From contig CP147778.1 in assembly GCA_037305845.1 (NCBI GenBank), forward strand, positions 3,136,001 to 3,200,000: a stretch of 64,000 nt of DNA, written 5' to 3'. The notes under the pieces were generated by a model, which did no database searches, had not been told where the DNA came from, and saw nothing but the letters and a program-made list of their open reading frames with translations. This document shows, one piece after another, positions 40,103-51,332 of the stretch. The position numbers and the translations under genes are program-made. This DNA comes from Candidatus Freyarchaeum deiterrae (lineage in GTDB: Archaea > Asgardarchaeota > Jordiarchaeia > Jordiarchaeales > Jordiarchaeaceae). Numbering within the stretch: position 1 is the stretch's first letter; every line of letters begins with the position of its first letter.

Positions 40103-42211
40103 ATGGTTGATAAGTTAAGGGAGAGGCGTCCTAACAAGTTGATTTTTGAAAAAAGTCCATATCTACTGCAACATGCCTATAACCCCGTCGACTGGAACCC
40201 TTGGGGTGAAGAGGCTTTTGAGAGGGCGAAGAAGGAAGACAAACCGATTTTTCTTTCTATTGGTTACTCCACCTGCCACTGGTGTCATGTGATGGAGAGA
40301 GAATCTTTTGAGGACACTGAGGTGGCAGAATTAATGAATGAGGTCTTTGTATGCATAAAGGTTGATAGAGAGGAGAGACCGGACATAGACGATGCTTATA
40401 TGGCGGTAGGCCAGGCGATGACTGGCGCTGGCGGATGGCCCCTAACCATTATCATGACACCGGACAAAATGCCATTCTTCGCAGGTACCTATATTCCAAA
40501 AGAGAGCAGGTTTGGACTAACCGGGATGAAGGAGCTAATACCACGCATTAAGAAACTCTGGGAACAGCGTAGGAGTGAAGTGGAGAATTCCGCTGAGCAT
40601 ATAATCTCGTCCATTAAGGAAACTCAAGAAACTCCCGGACAAGAACTGGGTGAAGAGACCCTCCATAAGTGTTATGATAATCTTTTCGAAATTTTCGATG
40701 AGCAGAACGGAGGCTTCGGACACGGACGCAAGTTTCCAGCACCCCACAATCTATCCTTTCTGCTCCGCTACTGGAGGCGCACTGGCGACGAATGGGCTTT
40801 AAGGATAGTGGAAAAAACTCTGGAAAAAATGCAGCAGGGCGGTATTTACGACCATATAGGCTTGGGCTTCCACCGCTACTCCACAGACACCAAATGGTTA
40901 GTCCCACACTTCGAAAAAATGCTTTACGATCAGGCAATGCTGGTAACAGCTTACACGGAGGCTTATCAAGCTACGGGAAAAGAGGAGTATGCCCAAACAG
41001 CCAAAGAGATAATCACCTATGTTCTACGCGATATGACTGCCCCCGAGGGAGGATTCTATTCCGCCGAGGACGCCGACAGTGAGGGTGAGGAAGGAAAATT
41101 TTACCTCTGGACAGAACAGGAGATAAAACAAATACTTAGCGCAGAGGAAGCGGAAACCATAATAAAAGTTTACAACCTTCAAAAGGAAGGCAATTTCGAG
41201 GAAGAGGCAACAAGAGAAAAGACAAGGAAAAACATAATGTACCTGAAAAAGTCTCTCCCTGAAATAGCCTACGACCTCAAAACCCCGTTAGGAGAGCTTA
41301 AAGAACTCCTGGAAAAGGCAAGAGGGAAACTATTCGTTGCCAGAGAGAAACGTGTGCATCCTAGTAAAGATGATAAAATTTTAGCCGACTGGAACGGACT
41401 TATGATTGCTGCGCTGGCTAAGGCAGCTCAAGCCTTTGATGAACCAAAGTACATGGATGCTGCTGAAAAGGCGGCTAATTTTATACTAAAAAAGATGAAA
41501 GATTCTGAGGGGTGGCTTTATCATCGTTATCGAGAGGGTGAGACCGCGATATTCGGCTTCTTGGACGATTACGCCCTCTTCACCTATGGTCTCATAGAGC
41601 TTTATGAAGCGAGCTTCGAAACAAAATATTTGCAGGATGCTATCGCCCTAACGGAGTACTTGTTGGAACACTTCTGGGATAAGGAGAGTGGAGGCTTTTA
41701 TTTCACCTCGGATGAAGCTGAAAATGTCCTCGTCAGAAGGAAGGATATATACGATGCTGCTTATCCCTCAGGTAACTCTATAGCGGTGTTGAACCTGCTT
41801 CGCCTAGGCCGTATGACCGCCAAACCCGAATACGAAGAAAAGGCCCAACAAATCATCCACACATTTTCCCAAGCTGTTTCAAGAACACCGATGGGATACG
41901 CCCAGCTGATGGTCGCACTGGATTTCGCACTAGGACCCTCCTTCGAGGTGGTTATCACCGGCAACACTCTGGCAGACGACACAAAAACCATGTTGAAAGT
42001 CCTCAGAGAGAAATTCATACCAAATAAGGTAGTACTATTTCTCCCGAGTGAGGTGGAGTCACCGGAGATCACCCGTCTCGCCGAGTTTACCGAACATCAG
42101 AAGAGTATCGACGGAAAAGCCACAGCCTACGTATGCCAGAATTACAGCTGCAAATTTCCCACAACAGATATAGAAAAAATGCTAGAATTTCTAGCGGGGA
42201 AAAAGGACTAA
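40103..42211 (+). CDS. YyaL/SSP411 (DUF255) thioredoxin-domain protein
   Basis: [47 protein letters not shown] motifs; track start 40097. Confidence 0.93.
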   Translation: MVDKLRERRPNKLIFEKSPYLLQHAYNPVDWNPWGEEAFERAKKEDKPIFLSIGYSTCHWCHVMERESFEDTEVAELMNEVFVCIKVDREERPDIDDAYMAVGQAMTGAGGWPLTIIMTPDKMPFFAGTYIPKESRFGLTGMKELIPRIKKLWEQRRSEVENSAEHIISSIKETQETPGQELGEETLHKCYDNLFEIFDEQNGGFGHGRKFPAPHNLSFLLRYWRRTGDEWALRIVEKTLEKMQQGGIYDHIGLGFHRYSTDTKWLVPHFEKMLYDQAMLVTAYTEAYQATGKEEYAQTAKEIITYVLRDMTAPEGGFYSAEDADSEGEEGKFYLWTEQEIKQILSAEEAETIIKVYNLQKEGNFEEEATREKTRKNIMYLKKSLPEIAYDLKTPLGELKELLEKARGKLFVAREKRVHPSKDDKILADWNGLMIAALAKAAQAFDEPKYMDAAEKAANFILKKMKDSEGWLYHRYREGETAIFGFLDDYALFTYGLIELYEASFETKYLQDAIALTEYLLEHFWDKESGGFYFTSDEAENVLVRRKDIYDAAYPSGNSIAVLNLLRLGRMTAKPEYEEKAQQIIHTFSQAVSRTPMGYAQLMVALDFALGPSFEVVITGNTLADDTKTMLKVLREKFIPNKVVLFLPSEVESPEITRLAEFTEHQKSIDGKATAYVCQNYSCKFPTTDIEKMLEFLAGKKD

Positions 42212-42268
42212 AAATTATGAGGAGAAAGAACTACAATAAAAGATACTCAACAGATTATCGAATAAGAG

Positions 42269-43078
42269 GTGCAGGACGTGAAAGTTGATCTATCCGGCGT
42301 TCCAGAGACTTTATTAATGGCTCTCTGGGGCCGTGCGAAAGTCAGCAAGGAGGATAACCCAGTCCTAAAGGACTCAAAGGCGATTGAAATTGTTGAAAAC
42401 CTCATCGAATACGACTTTGCAAAATTAGACAAACATCTCCAGAAATACACTAATTTCGTTTGGCTGGTAAGAGCGAGAATGTTTGATGATACTGTCAGAA
42501 GATTCACGGCTGAACACCCAGAGGCGACAATAGTGAATCTCGGTGCTGGTCTTGATACCACTTTTTTCAGAGTGGACAACGGCTCCATAAAGTGGTATGA
42601 CCTAGACCTCCATGATGTAATTGAAATAAGGAAGAAAATCATGCCCGAAACTGACCGTATGAAATGCATGGCCAAGTCTCTAATGGATACCCGTTGGATG
42701 AAAGACATCAAGGACATTAAAGATGGGATTCTTTTCTTCTCGGGAGGAGTCTTAGTTTACTTCGAGGAAACAGAAATAAAGAAATTGCTATCAAAATTAG
42801 CTGATAGGTTCCCTGGAGGAGAAATCGTTTTTGATACAATGTCGCCGTTCATGGTGTCTCAGGGCAACAAGCTAATAAAGGATTCCGGGATAGAAAATGC
42901 GTTCATCAAATGGGGGATTGATGATACTAAAGCCATTTCCAAATGGGATCCACGAATAACCGTTTTGGAAGACTATACTTTGTATTCACGGATAGAAAAT
43001 AAGAACTATTGGGGTCAAGATGTGGTGATGACCATGGATTACATCGATAAAACTAGGGGGCGTGTATTGTTCACCTGA
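42269..43078 (+). CDS. Class I SAM-dependent methyltransferase (TcmP/leucine carboxyl methyltransferase-like)
   Basis: VPETLL..LWGRA and VNLGAGLDT motifs; possible frameshift in the last codons. Confidence 0.88.
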   Translation: MQDVKVDLSGVPETLLMALWGRAKVSKEDNPVLKDSKAIEIVENLIEYDFAKLDKHLQKYTNFVWLVRARMFDDTVRRFTAEHPEATIVNLGAGLDTTFFRVDNGSIKWYDLDLHDVIEIRKKIMPETDRMKCMAKSLMDTRWMKDIKDIKDGILFFSGGVLVYFEETEIKKLLSKLADRFPGGEIVFDTMSPFMVSQGNKLIKDSGIENAFIKWGIDDTKAISKWDPRITVLEDYTLYSRIENKNYWGQDVVMTMDYIDKTRGRVLFT

Positions 43079-43170
43079 AATTTCGTTAATGGTGAATGGC
43101 AATTTCCACCATTAAAAAAGATTCTTTATATTCTTAGACTTTAACGTGTGGGTGGGGCGAAGTTTGATTT

Positions 43171-43422
43171 TTATTTGTAAATGTTTCTTCTATGCCCGAC
43201 TCTTAAAATCACTATGTTTTCACCATCTATATCAAATATTACTCTGTAATCTCCTATTCTGAATCTGTATGTTCCTATCTTCGGGTTCACTAATTTATTA
43301 GCGTATCTCAGAGGTTCTTTAGAGCATTCTTTGAGTTTTGCAGCAATTCTATTCTGCATTTCTTTGTCAATACTTTCCAAATCTTTCAATGCTCTCCGAG
43401 TAAAAACTATTCTATACATCAA
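43171..43422 (-). CDS. RelE/ParE-family toxin
   Basis: YRIVFT..A.KDL, YRFRIGDYRVIF, VGHRRNIY. Confidence 0.9.
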   Translation of the reverse strand: MMYRIVFTRRALKDLESIDKEMQNRIAAKLKECSKEPLRYANKLVNPKIGTYRFRIGDYRVIFDIDGENIVILRVGHRRNIYK

Positions 43423-43609
43423 AGATATCCTCTAGGCGCTTTATTTTGCCTTCTTTATAATCCGTTCTTGCTTCTTCAATTGAGCGTAGATACTCTTCAC
43501 TTGAAAGCGCAGACAAGTCTTCAATAAACTCTTCCAAGGTGTCCTTAATAGTAGCTGATATCAGGGTCCGCAATTCTTCAACCGTTAAGTCCTTTACCTT
43601 CGTCACCAT
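43412..43609 (-). CDS. Putative cognate antitoxin
   Basis: Small acidic ORF overlapping the toxin start; SIEEAR.DY.EG motif. Confidence 0.8.
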   Translation of the reverse strand: MVTKVKDLTVEELRTLISATIKDTLEEFIEDLSALSSEEYLRSIEEARTDYKEGKIKRLEDIFDV

Positions 43610-44026
43610 AAAATAAGCACCTACTTATAGAACCTAAAAGCGAGTATTTAAGATTTCATCTAATGTTTTACTCTCTCTTATACTCATCTTAACCCTTATA
43701 TTATTGTTACTGTACACTGCAAAGAACTCGCATCTTCATATACTGAAAAACAAATCATTTTGGTCATAATTCACATTAAGGCTTAGCCAAACCTCCAGTT
43801 TGTGGGACAAATTAAAATAGGAATCCACCTTCTTAGAGATTAGATGCTAGGCAATGAACTACAGAGAGTTCCGATATCAAAGTCAAAAGTGACGAAAAGG
43901 CATTAGGGTGAGCCTGGCATCGCTTCTATCACCACTACTAACCGTTCGGGCTCTTCAAGCATTCAGAGATATCTCTGAACAGTTTCTTCATTTCCTTCAA
44001 ATTCTACTTTAAAAAAGAAGAATTTT

Positions 44027-45427
44027 TTATTGTGGCTTTTTGGAAACCCCGAGAAGGTCTGAGATTCTGTGAATTTCTATCAGGTTGCTTTCATGCGTCT
44101 GCCCTGTTCTAATTCCGGCCGTGAATAGAACAAAATCTTTTTCTTCGATGTACTCTTTTTGCTTAAGAATTTCTGCTGCGTTCCGGATTATGTCGCCAGC
44201 CTCACGGTACCTTATATACACGGGTTTGACTCCGTAGACCAGTTCCAATTGTCTCTTGACCATTTCGTTGTCCGTTACTGCGATGATTGGTTGTTTGAGC
44301 CTAAACCTAGAAATCATCCTCGCAGTGTATCCGGACCTAGTTAATGTTACAATTTTGTCTAAGGGCATTGAACTCGATATTAGATTTATGGACTTGCTCA
44401 CAGTTTGTGATACATTGACAAAGCCGTCCATAGTTATTTTTCCAGTCAGCATACGTTCAGCTTCTTTCGCGATTTTGCTCATCATTTCCACACACTCTAC
44501 TGGATACTTTCCAATAGACGTTTCTTCCGAAAGCATAACAGCGTCGCTTCCATCCAGTATCGCGTTAGCCACATCGCTCGCTTCGGCTCTGGTGGGAATG
44601 GGACTGTTCACCATGGACTCCAGCATCTGAGTAGCAGTAATCACAATTTTTCCCTGCTGGTTGCATTTTCGAATTATTTCTTTCTGGATAAGCGGAACCT
44701 TTTCGTACTCTATCTCCACACCCATATCCCCCCTAGCCACCATTATAGAATCCGACTCATCAAGAATCGCGTCGATATCTTTTACCCCTTCATGATTTTC
44801 AATTTTGGCTATAATCGCTTGACTGCCAGAACCGATTTTGCTCCTAAGATTCTTAACATCATTGACATCTCTTGTGAATGAGAGAGCTATGAACTCGACG
44901 TCGTTCTCCTTGGAAAACTCTATTGCCTCTAAATCCTTCTCCGATAATTGTGGAATGTTAACGAGCCTCTTGTTGGGAAGATTGACCCCCTTATTAATTT
45001 GAATAACTCCTTCATCCTCAACCAGTAAATACAACTTACTATTCTCTTTCTTCTTAACTTTGGTGATTACCTCACCGTTATCAATCAGAACTTTGTCCCC
45101 TGGATTCATTTCGTCATAAAAATTGTATGAGAAGGTAAGATCCTCATTAGCAAATCCCGCAACTATCACATCGCCAATTTTCGCAGTAATAGGTGCCTTG
45201 TTCGTCGTTCTAATGTTGGGACCCTTAATATCCATAATAATAGGTATCTCTCCAACATCTCTCGTTAGTCTAATTATCTCCTTATACTGTTCAAAATCTC
45301 CATGAGCAATATTTATTCGAACCGCATCCATTCCCGCATCATACAATTTCTTTAGGATTTTCAAATTCATAGTGGCAGGACCAATGGTGCAGATTATCTT
45401 GGTTTTCTTCTCCCGTCTCCTAACCAT
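44027..45427 (-). CDS. pyk: Pyruvate kinase
   Basis: TKIICTIGPA, IAKIE, MVARGDMG, ATQMLESM, PTRAE motifs. Confidence 0.97.
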   Translation of the reverse strand: MVRRREKKTKIICTIGPATMNLKILKKLYDAGMDAVRINIAHGDFEQYKEIIRLTRDVGEIPIIMDIKGPNIRTTNKAPITAKIGDVIVAGFANEDLTFSYNFYDEMNPGDKVLIDNGEVITKVKKKENSKLYLLVEDEGVIQINKGVNLPNKRLVNIPQLSEKDLEAIEFSKENDVEFIALSFTRDVNDVKNLRSKIGSGSQAIIAKIENHEGVKDIDAILDESDSIMVARGDMGVEIEYEKVPLIQKEIIRKCNQQGKIVITATQMLESMVNSPIPTRAEASDVANAILDGSDAVMLSEETSIGKYPVECVEMMSKIAKEAERMLTGKITMDGFVNVSQTVSKSINLISSSMPLDKIVTLTRSGYTARMISRFRLKQPIIAVTDNEMVKRQLELVYGVKPVYIRYREAGDIIRNAAEILKQKEYIEEKDFVLFTAGIRTGQTHESNLIEIHRISDLLGVSKKPQ

Positions 45428-45644
45428 ATTCTATCCCTCCTGAATGATTTATTCTCCAAAATAACTTAATCTTAACATGAATCTAAACATTGATTGCCTA
45501 TATTCTTTTTATAAAATTCATTTAAAGTTTTCCAGTTCAAAAAAAGTAATAACTATTGCTTATCTTATCAAAGGCAGCATCTTGAGGAGAATTGAAAATC
45601 CAAAGCAGATACATTCTGTTATTAAAGGCAGTTCGCTTCGTTTC

Positions 45645-46100
45645 CTATTTGTCCCAGATATAATGTTTGCCTCTTTTATCCGTCCAGTTCTCAACGCCGT
45701 ATTTTTTTATTAGCCGAAGATTACGCTTTGGTGTATCCCCATGATAAATTGATAAGGGCTCTAAGAGTTCACAATCCTCAAAGTCAGGGCATTCCCAACA
45801 ACCTTCTATTCCTTTTTCATTAACGCATTCACGAATCCGACAGTTAGGATTACCGCCGTTATTAATACAGGTCTTATGGCACCTCAATTGGATAATTGCA
45901 GTTAATACTTTCCTAAAAATTTGGTAATCATTGAAAACCTCGTCCTTTTTACCCTTTAGTTCTGCATACTTTTCAAACCGGCTTTCATCTAATTGTTCTC
46001 TTAGCTTTTCGGCAAGACTAAATAATTGTTGATTGGAAGGAATACAATCTCTACAGTAAAGACCACAGTAAGCGGTAAATTCTTTGTCTTTTTTCATCAT
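45645..46100 (-). CDS. DUF3795-family Cys-rich protein
   Basis: AYCGLYCRDC...CRIREC...GCWEC.DF..C. Confidence 0.85.
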   Translation of the reverse strand: MMKKDKEFTAYCGLYCRDCIPSNQQLFSLAEKLREQLDESRFEKYAELKGKKDEVFNDYQIFRKVLTAIIQLRCHKTCINNGGNPNCRIRECVNEKGIEGCWECPDFEDCELLEPLSIYHGDTPKRNLRLIKKYGVENWTDKRGKHYIWDK

Positions 46101-46142
46101 CTGACCACTATTTTATTATTCTTGTTTTTTTGAGCAATTATG

Positions 46143-46943
46143 TTACGTTGCTATTGCCCTGTTCTCCGCCTCAACTTCTAACCTCATCATTGGAACATGA
46201 ACATAACCATCTTTGTCTAAGGGATGTTTTTCAATGTATTTATCAGTCAACTCCCCAATAAATTCTTCACGCAGTTCTTCAGGCACCCTCTGGGTATAAG
46301 GAAGCCAAGTTGTACGAATCCATGCCGATAGTCCTTCTTTTCCTTTTTGAATCATATCCTTCGGGATTAACTCGACACGTTTAGCTTTGAGACCCGCCTG
46401 TTCCAACCAGTCTTTGTACTCTTCAGGCCCATGGAAGCCGTATGGAAAAGTGAAATTTGTAAAGTATCCACTCCATTTCTTACTTTTCATCATTGTTTCC
46501 ATAACTTCCAGGATTTTAGCAGCGTTGCCTTTTCCTCCCATTTGGAGTAAAACTTTTCCTGATGGTTTTAGGCTCTTTTTGATTCCTCTAAGAACGGGTA
46601 GATGATCAATAATCCAGTGCAGAGTGGCGTTTGAGAAAATAACGTCAAATTCAGAGTTGAAACTCAAATTCCTTGCATCCATCTTCTTGAAAGCAATATT
46701 TGGAAATTTTTTCGAAGGGAAATTCTTGCGAGCGAAACTGACCTGTTCTTCGGAATTATCGATGCCCAGAACCGAACCGCTTGATAATCGTTTAGCGAGT
46801 TCAGCAGTGACTTTCCCGTCACCGCACCCTATATCCAAAACTCTTTCACTTCCTTTAAGTCCGAGTTTTAGTATGAGTTCTTGCGCCCATTTCTGCTGCT
46901 CGGATGAGCTTTTGTGGTAATCCTCTGCATTCCATTTGTACAT
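46143..46943 (-). CDS. Class I SAM methyltransferase (trans-aconitate methyltransferase-like)
   Basis: WNAEDY, VLDIGCGDG, FSNATLHW; start at MYKW (track start 46997). Confidence 0.88.
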   Translation of the reverse strand: MYKWNAEDYHKSSSEQQKWAQELILKLGLKGSERVLDIGCGDGKVTAELAKRLSSGSVLGIDNSEEQVSFARKNFPSKKFPNIAFKKMDARNLSFNSEFDVIFSNATLHWIIDHLPVLRGIKKSLKPSGKVLLQMGGKGNAAKILEVMETMMKSKKWSGYFTNFTFPYGFHGPEEYKDWLEQAGLKAKRVELIPKDMIQKGKEGLSAWIRTTWLPYTQRVPEELREEFIGELTDKYIEKHPLDKDGYVHVPMMRLEVEAENRAIAT

Positions 46944-47384
46944 GCTTCTTGCCTCAACTATCATTTTTCTAACAATCAATATTCTCAGATGCGGCATAAT
47001 TTATAATATTTTTTAAAGATTTGGTGTAGTGATAGTTTAGCTTGGTGCGAGGTAAGAGCTGAACTAGAAAAGCTGAAATTAGGGGTGAAATTAACGACTT
47101 TCCTAAAACTGCCGAAGCTAAAGCAGAAACCCAACTTTCTTAGGGACGATTAACTCAGCCTAACCGCATTATAAATATTATCCACTATCAGTAATTGCCG
47201 ATACGAAAAAGATGCTCAGGATTTACAAGGTTTTTTCAAAAAAAAAATCGAAATTAGAGGGGAAGCGGGAGATTAGTGAAGGTTCAAGGAAGAGAAATAA
47301 TGCATGCATTGTACTAGGAAATGTTTTTTATATGCAAGTAACTTGTGTGAATATATGATTAGGTAAAAGACGAGCGATGAGTTT

Positions 47385-49646
47385 ATGGTGGGTTTGAAGA
47401 AGTCGGAAGTGATGAAGAAACTCTTGTCCGAAGCCGAAGTACTCGACCAGTTAGGAGATGCAATAATAGCTGTTGACAACGATGACATAATAGTTTATCT
47501 GAATAAAGCAGCTGCACAGCTATACAATGTCGCCCGAGACGAAGCTATTGGGTTGAAGCTAACGGATCTTTACGAGGATTTATGGCTAACGCCTAAAGAT
47601 AAGCAGGCAGCACACGCTTCACTGGAGGAGAAAGATTACTGGGACGCCAGAAACATTCACATCAAAAAGAACGGCAAAAGAATGCCCGCTAGATCAATGG
47701 TTAGCATTATCAGAGACGCGTCCGGCAAAAAGATCGGAAAGATACTCATCCCGAGAGATACTACCGAATGGAGACGAATAGAAGATGCGCTGCGGCAAAG
47801 CGAGAAACAGTTCAGGACACTTGCCGAGAACTCCCCACTGACTATTACTCGTTGGGACAGGGACCTCCGGTATGTCTACATCACCCCAGCGGTTAAAAAT
47901 TTAACCGGATTACCTCCCGAGTTCTTCATAGGTAAAAACATAGAAGAAATAGGCGTTGCCCCTAAAGATATCATTAAGATTAACGCAAAAATCCTTAATG
48001 AGGTCTTCGCCACAGGACAGCCTCAAACTCGCGAATTTAGTTTCCCATCTCCTACAGGAACGAAACTCTTACATTGGCATATCGTTCCAGAATTTGCTGA
48101 TGACGGCACAGTGGAAACTGCACTGAGCTTTACTACCGACATCACCAGCCGAAAGCAAATGGAAGAAAAATTAGCTAAAGAAAGAAACATGCTCAGGGGC
48201 ATCATGGAGAATACGCAAGTCATGCTGGCTTACTTAGATACCAACTTCAACTTTGTGGCTGTCAACTCTGCCTATGCAAAAGGCTCAGGGCATTCAGTCG
48301 AAGAACTCATCGGAAAGAACCATTTCTCACTTTTTCCGAACGAGGAGAATCAAGCCATATTCGAGCTGGTAAACGTTTCGGGAGAAGCTGTAGAATATCA
48401 TGATAAACCCTTCGAGTTTGCAGATCAGCCGGAAAGGGGAATAACCTACTGGGACTGGAAGCTTGCTCCAGTGAAAGACGATGAAGGCCGTGTACTAGGG
48501 TTAGTCCTCTCTCTTACGGAGACAACCCAACGAAAGAAAGCAGAAGACGCTTTGAAGGAGTCGGAAGAACGGAACCGCATTATTCTGGAAAGCATAACTG
48601 ATGGTTTCGTCGCCTTTGACCGTGAATGGCGATATACCTACGTCAATGTAACCGCTGAAAAGATGCTTCATAAAACAAAAAAGGAATTGCTTGGACAAGA
48701 GGTTTGGGAAATGTTCCCAGATGCCGTAAAGCGGAAGTTCTGGTTAGAATTCAACCGGGCTGTCAGAGAGCTTATTCCCGTCCACTTTGAAGAATTCTAC
48801 CCGGAACCCCTCAACGCTTGGTATGAGTGCCATTGTTACCCTACACCCGATGGTTTAACTGTCATCTTCACCGACATAACCAAACGCAAGCAGATGGAGG
48901 AGAATCTCAAGGAGTACACCCTGCACTTGGAGGAACTGGTCAAGGAACGAACCGCGAAGCTGCAGGAATCAGAACGGCTAGCTGCTATTGGCGAAACAGC
49001 GGGTATGGTTGGACACGACATCCGCAACCCGTTACAAACCATAATCGGAGAAGTCTACCTGGCTGGGAATGAATTGGACTCTATGCCTGAGGGCGAAGCA
49101 AAGAAGATTTTGAAAGAAAACTTGGAAGCAATCGAGGGGCAGGTAACTTATATAAACAAGATTGTTTCAGACCTTCAGGATTTTGGTAGACCGCTAAAGC
49201 CCTCAACCGAAGAGATAGATTCTCAACAATTAATTCAGAATTCACTGTCGATAGTAGCTGTTCCAGAGAACATCCAAGTTTCCAAACTAATTGAAAAGGA
49301 TTCCCCAAAACTGACAGCTGACCCCTCCTACATGAAACGTGTGCTCACAAACATGATTACTAATGCTATTCAAGCCATGCCTAAAGGTGGAAAATTAACC
49401 ATAAAAGTGTTCCACAAAGACAAATCTGCATTTATAACTATAGAAGATACGGGTGAAGGCATACCTGAAGAGATTAAGCCGAATATGTTCAAGCCTTTGT
49501 TTACCACCAAAGCGAAAGGACAAGGGTTCGGCTTGGCTGTTTGCAAACGATTAGTAGAAGCGCAAAACGGCGCGATAACCTTCGAAAGTCAAATCGGGAA
49601 AGGTACCAGCTTCACCATAGAACTCCCATTGCAAACTAAAAAATAA
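47385..49646 (+). CDS. Soluble multi-PAS sensor histidine kinase
   Basis: Four PAS/PAC repeats; H-box GHDIRNPL; NAIQA, DTGEGI, FTTK..GQGFGL; no response regulator in the window. Confidence 0.93.
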   Translation: MVGLKKSEVMKKLLSEAEVLDQLGDAIIAVDNDDIIVYLNKAAAQLYNVARDEAIGLKLTDLYEDLWLTPKDKQAAHASLEEKDYWDARNIHIKKNGKRMPARSMVSIIRDASGKKIGKILIPRDTTEWRRIEDALRQSEKQFRTLAENSPLTITRWDRDLRYVYITPAVKNLTGLPPEFFIGKNIEEIGVAPKDIIKINAKILNEVFATGQPQTREFSFPSPTGTKLLHWHIVPEFADDGTVETALSFTTDITSRKQMEEKLAKERNMLRGIMENTQVMLAYLDTNFNFVAVNSAYAKGSGHSVEELIGKNHFSLFPNEENQAIFELVNVSGEAVEYHDKPFEFADQPERGITYWDWKLAPVKDDEGRVLGLVLSLTETTQRKKAEDALKESEERNRIILESITDGFVAFDREWRYTYVNVTAEKMLHKTKKELLGQEVWEMFPDAVKRKFWLEFNRAVRELIPVHFEEFYPEPLNAWYECHCYPTPDGLTVIFTDITKRKQMEENLKEYTLHLEELVKERTAKLQESERLAAIGETAGMVGHDIRNPLQTIIGEVYLAGNELDSMPEGEAKKILKENLEAIEGQVTYINKIVSDLQDFGRPLKPSTEEIDSQQLIQNSLSIVAVPENIQVSKLIEKDSPKLTADPSYMKRVLTNMITNAIQAMPKGGKLTIKVFHKDKSAFITIEDTGEGIPEEIKPNMFKPLFTTKAKGQGFGLAVCKRLVEAQNGAITFESQIGKGTSFTIELPLQTKK

Positions 49647-49777
49647 AGAGTATCGGGTTTGAATATCACAGCTTTTTCGTTTAATCTCGAAACTGTACAT
49701 ATTTGGCTGTTGTGATCTAAAAAAGGGTAATAGGACTTAACTTGGAGAGAAGGAAATACTCTTTCATTCCTTTAAGC

Positions 49778-50398
49778 TTAAGTTTTGATAAAAGCTCCAT
49801 CCTTATTATCCCTTTCACGAATTTGCTCCAAATTCTCAAGCCATTTCTTACACCATTGGATACTAGACCGTTCCTGGCTGAGTCCATAATCTATAACCAT
49901 TAGCCAGTATAATTTGTGCTCGTCCAAGGAATATTGATTGTTTATGACTTCCTCTTCTCTCTCTAATCTTTGAATATGCTCTTCGCTTCTTTTCATTTCA
50001 GTCTTTATCTTTTCTATTGATTCCTCTATTGGAACTAAAGCTCCAAAAAAAAGTTTAAAGAGAAATTCACTCCTCAAAATGAGCTCCATAGCCGGTTTCA
50101 TGAGCCAATTGATAAATTCTTCCCTGCCTTTATCTGTAATGTAATAAACATGTTTATCAGGTTTTTTCTCACTCTCTACGGTCTTTTTTTCAACCAGATT
50201 TAACTTTTGGAGTTTCTGTAAGGAGGAATAAATTTGTTTAAATTCTTCATTCCAAAAACTTGAGAGCGATAAATCAAAAAATTTTTTCATGTCATACCCG
50301 GACATGGGAGAATAACTAAGAAGAGCCAAAACGGCGTATTTTGATCTATCTACTTTAGGCATTTTTATCTCCATCACTTTATAAATTTTAAAAGACAT
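49778..50398 (-). CDS. PadR-family transcriptional regulator with C-terminal helical domain
   Basis: SGYDMKK.F......FW...QIY..L; KHVYYITDKG. Confidence 0.9.
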   Translation of the reverse strand: MSFKIYKVMEIKMPKVDRSKYAVLALLSYSPMSGYDMKKFFDLSLSSFWNEEFKQIYSSLQKLQKLNLVEKKTVESEKKPDKHVYYITDKGREEFINWLMKPAMELILRSEFLFKLFFGALVPIEESIEKIKTEMKRSEEHIQRLEREEEVINNQYSLDEHKLYWLMVIDYGLSQERSSIQWCKKWLENLEQIRERDNKDGAFIKT

Positions 50399-50513
50399 TA
50401 TCCGCAGTCAGCTTGTATTTTTAGCGGCTTAGCCTAGTGGTCATCTTATTGACTTTTTTGATGCTTGTTTGCACTTATTGGCATTTGAGAAATAGGGTGT
50501 ATTACCTCATCTA

Positions 50514-51281
50514 TTATTCTGATGACACCCCTGATCCTGTTTTATCTACTGCCTCAAGTGTCTGCTTGAAATTCTGATTTGCTATTTGTAAGAACATCTC
50601 TAATGGTATAAGTTCTCGGCTGATGATGCTCAGCGTTTTCTCGGACATTTTACCATCCCTCACTAGCTGGCGTCCGGCTTCTTCTGCCGCTTCCAGAACA
50701 TCCTTCACCGGTGCCCCCATATTCAGCATCGGCCTCAAAGCGGGACCATGGGGCCGAAGCAGCGCGCCGGCAAATTCACGGTTCATGTTCTTGCATATTG
50801 CCTTCATATGCACAATCAGTGGCTCGAAATTATCCAACTCCCAGAAGCCGCAATTGGATACCAGCACCACCTTGCCTTCCTTCACGACTTCACCCTCACG
50901 CCCAAGATGGCGACAATGACCATCACGCAACTCAATGAATGGATAAGCAAGGGGTATCGTTCTGTCAATCAGGTTCTTCATTGATCCGTTCATCCCATCC
51001 ACGTATAGAGGGCAGGCAAATACAATCACGTCCGCACCAATTAATTTGGGATATAGTCTTTGCATGTCATCCTTCTGATAACACTGAGCGGAGGTCTTCA
51101 GCCAGCAATTGAACTCGCCCTGACATGGATTGATTTTCAGCTTTTTAGTATAGAATAGCTCAACATCCGCTCCAGCCTCTCTCATCCCCTTAAGGAAGGG
51201 ATCAAGTATAAGAGCAGTATTGCCTTTATCCATATTTGGACTGCTATTGAATGCTAGTACTTTCATTTCTGATACCCTCAT
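50514..51281 (-). CDS. Flavodoxin-like / iron-sulfur flavoprotein family protein
   Basis: FNSSP...GNT, PCQGEFNCW..C.QKDDM, MKNLIDR. Confidence 0.88.
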   Translation of the reverse strand: MRVSEMKVLAFNSSPNMDKGNTALILDPFLKGMREAGADVELFYTKKLKINPCQGEFNCWLKTSAQCYQKDDMQRLYPKLIGADVIVFACPLYVDGMNGSMKNLIDRTIPLAYPFIELRDGHCRHLGREGEVVKEGKVVLVSNCGFWELDNFEPLIVHMKAICKNMNREFAGALLRPHGPALRPMLNMGAPVKDVLEAAEEAGRQLVRDGKMSEKTLSIISRELIPLEMFLQIANQNFKQTLEAVDKTGSGVSSE

Positions 51282-51332
51282 CTTTCAATATACGCATAAA
51301 TATATTTGTAAAAAATTTCTCTATTCAAGAGA

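Noticed and set aside
43890-43963. Minus-strand MLEEPERLVVVIEAMPG resembling an Hsp20 fragment
   Set aside because: Too short to support a pseudogene call.
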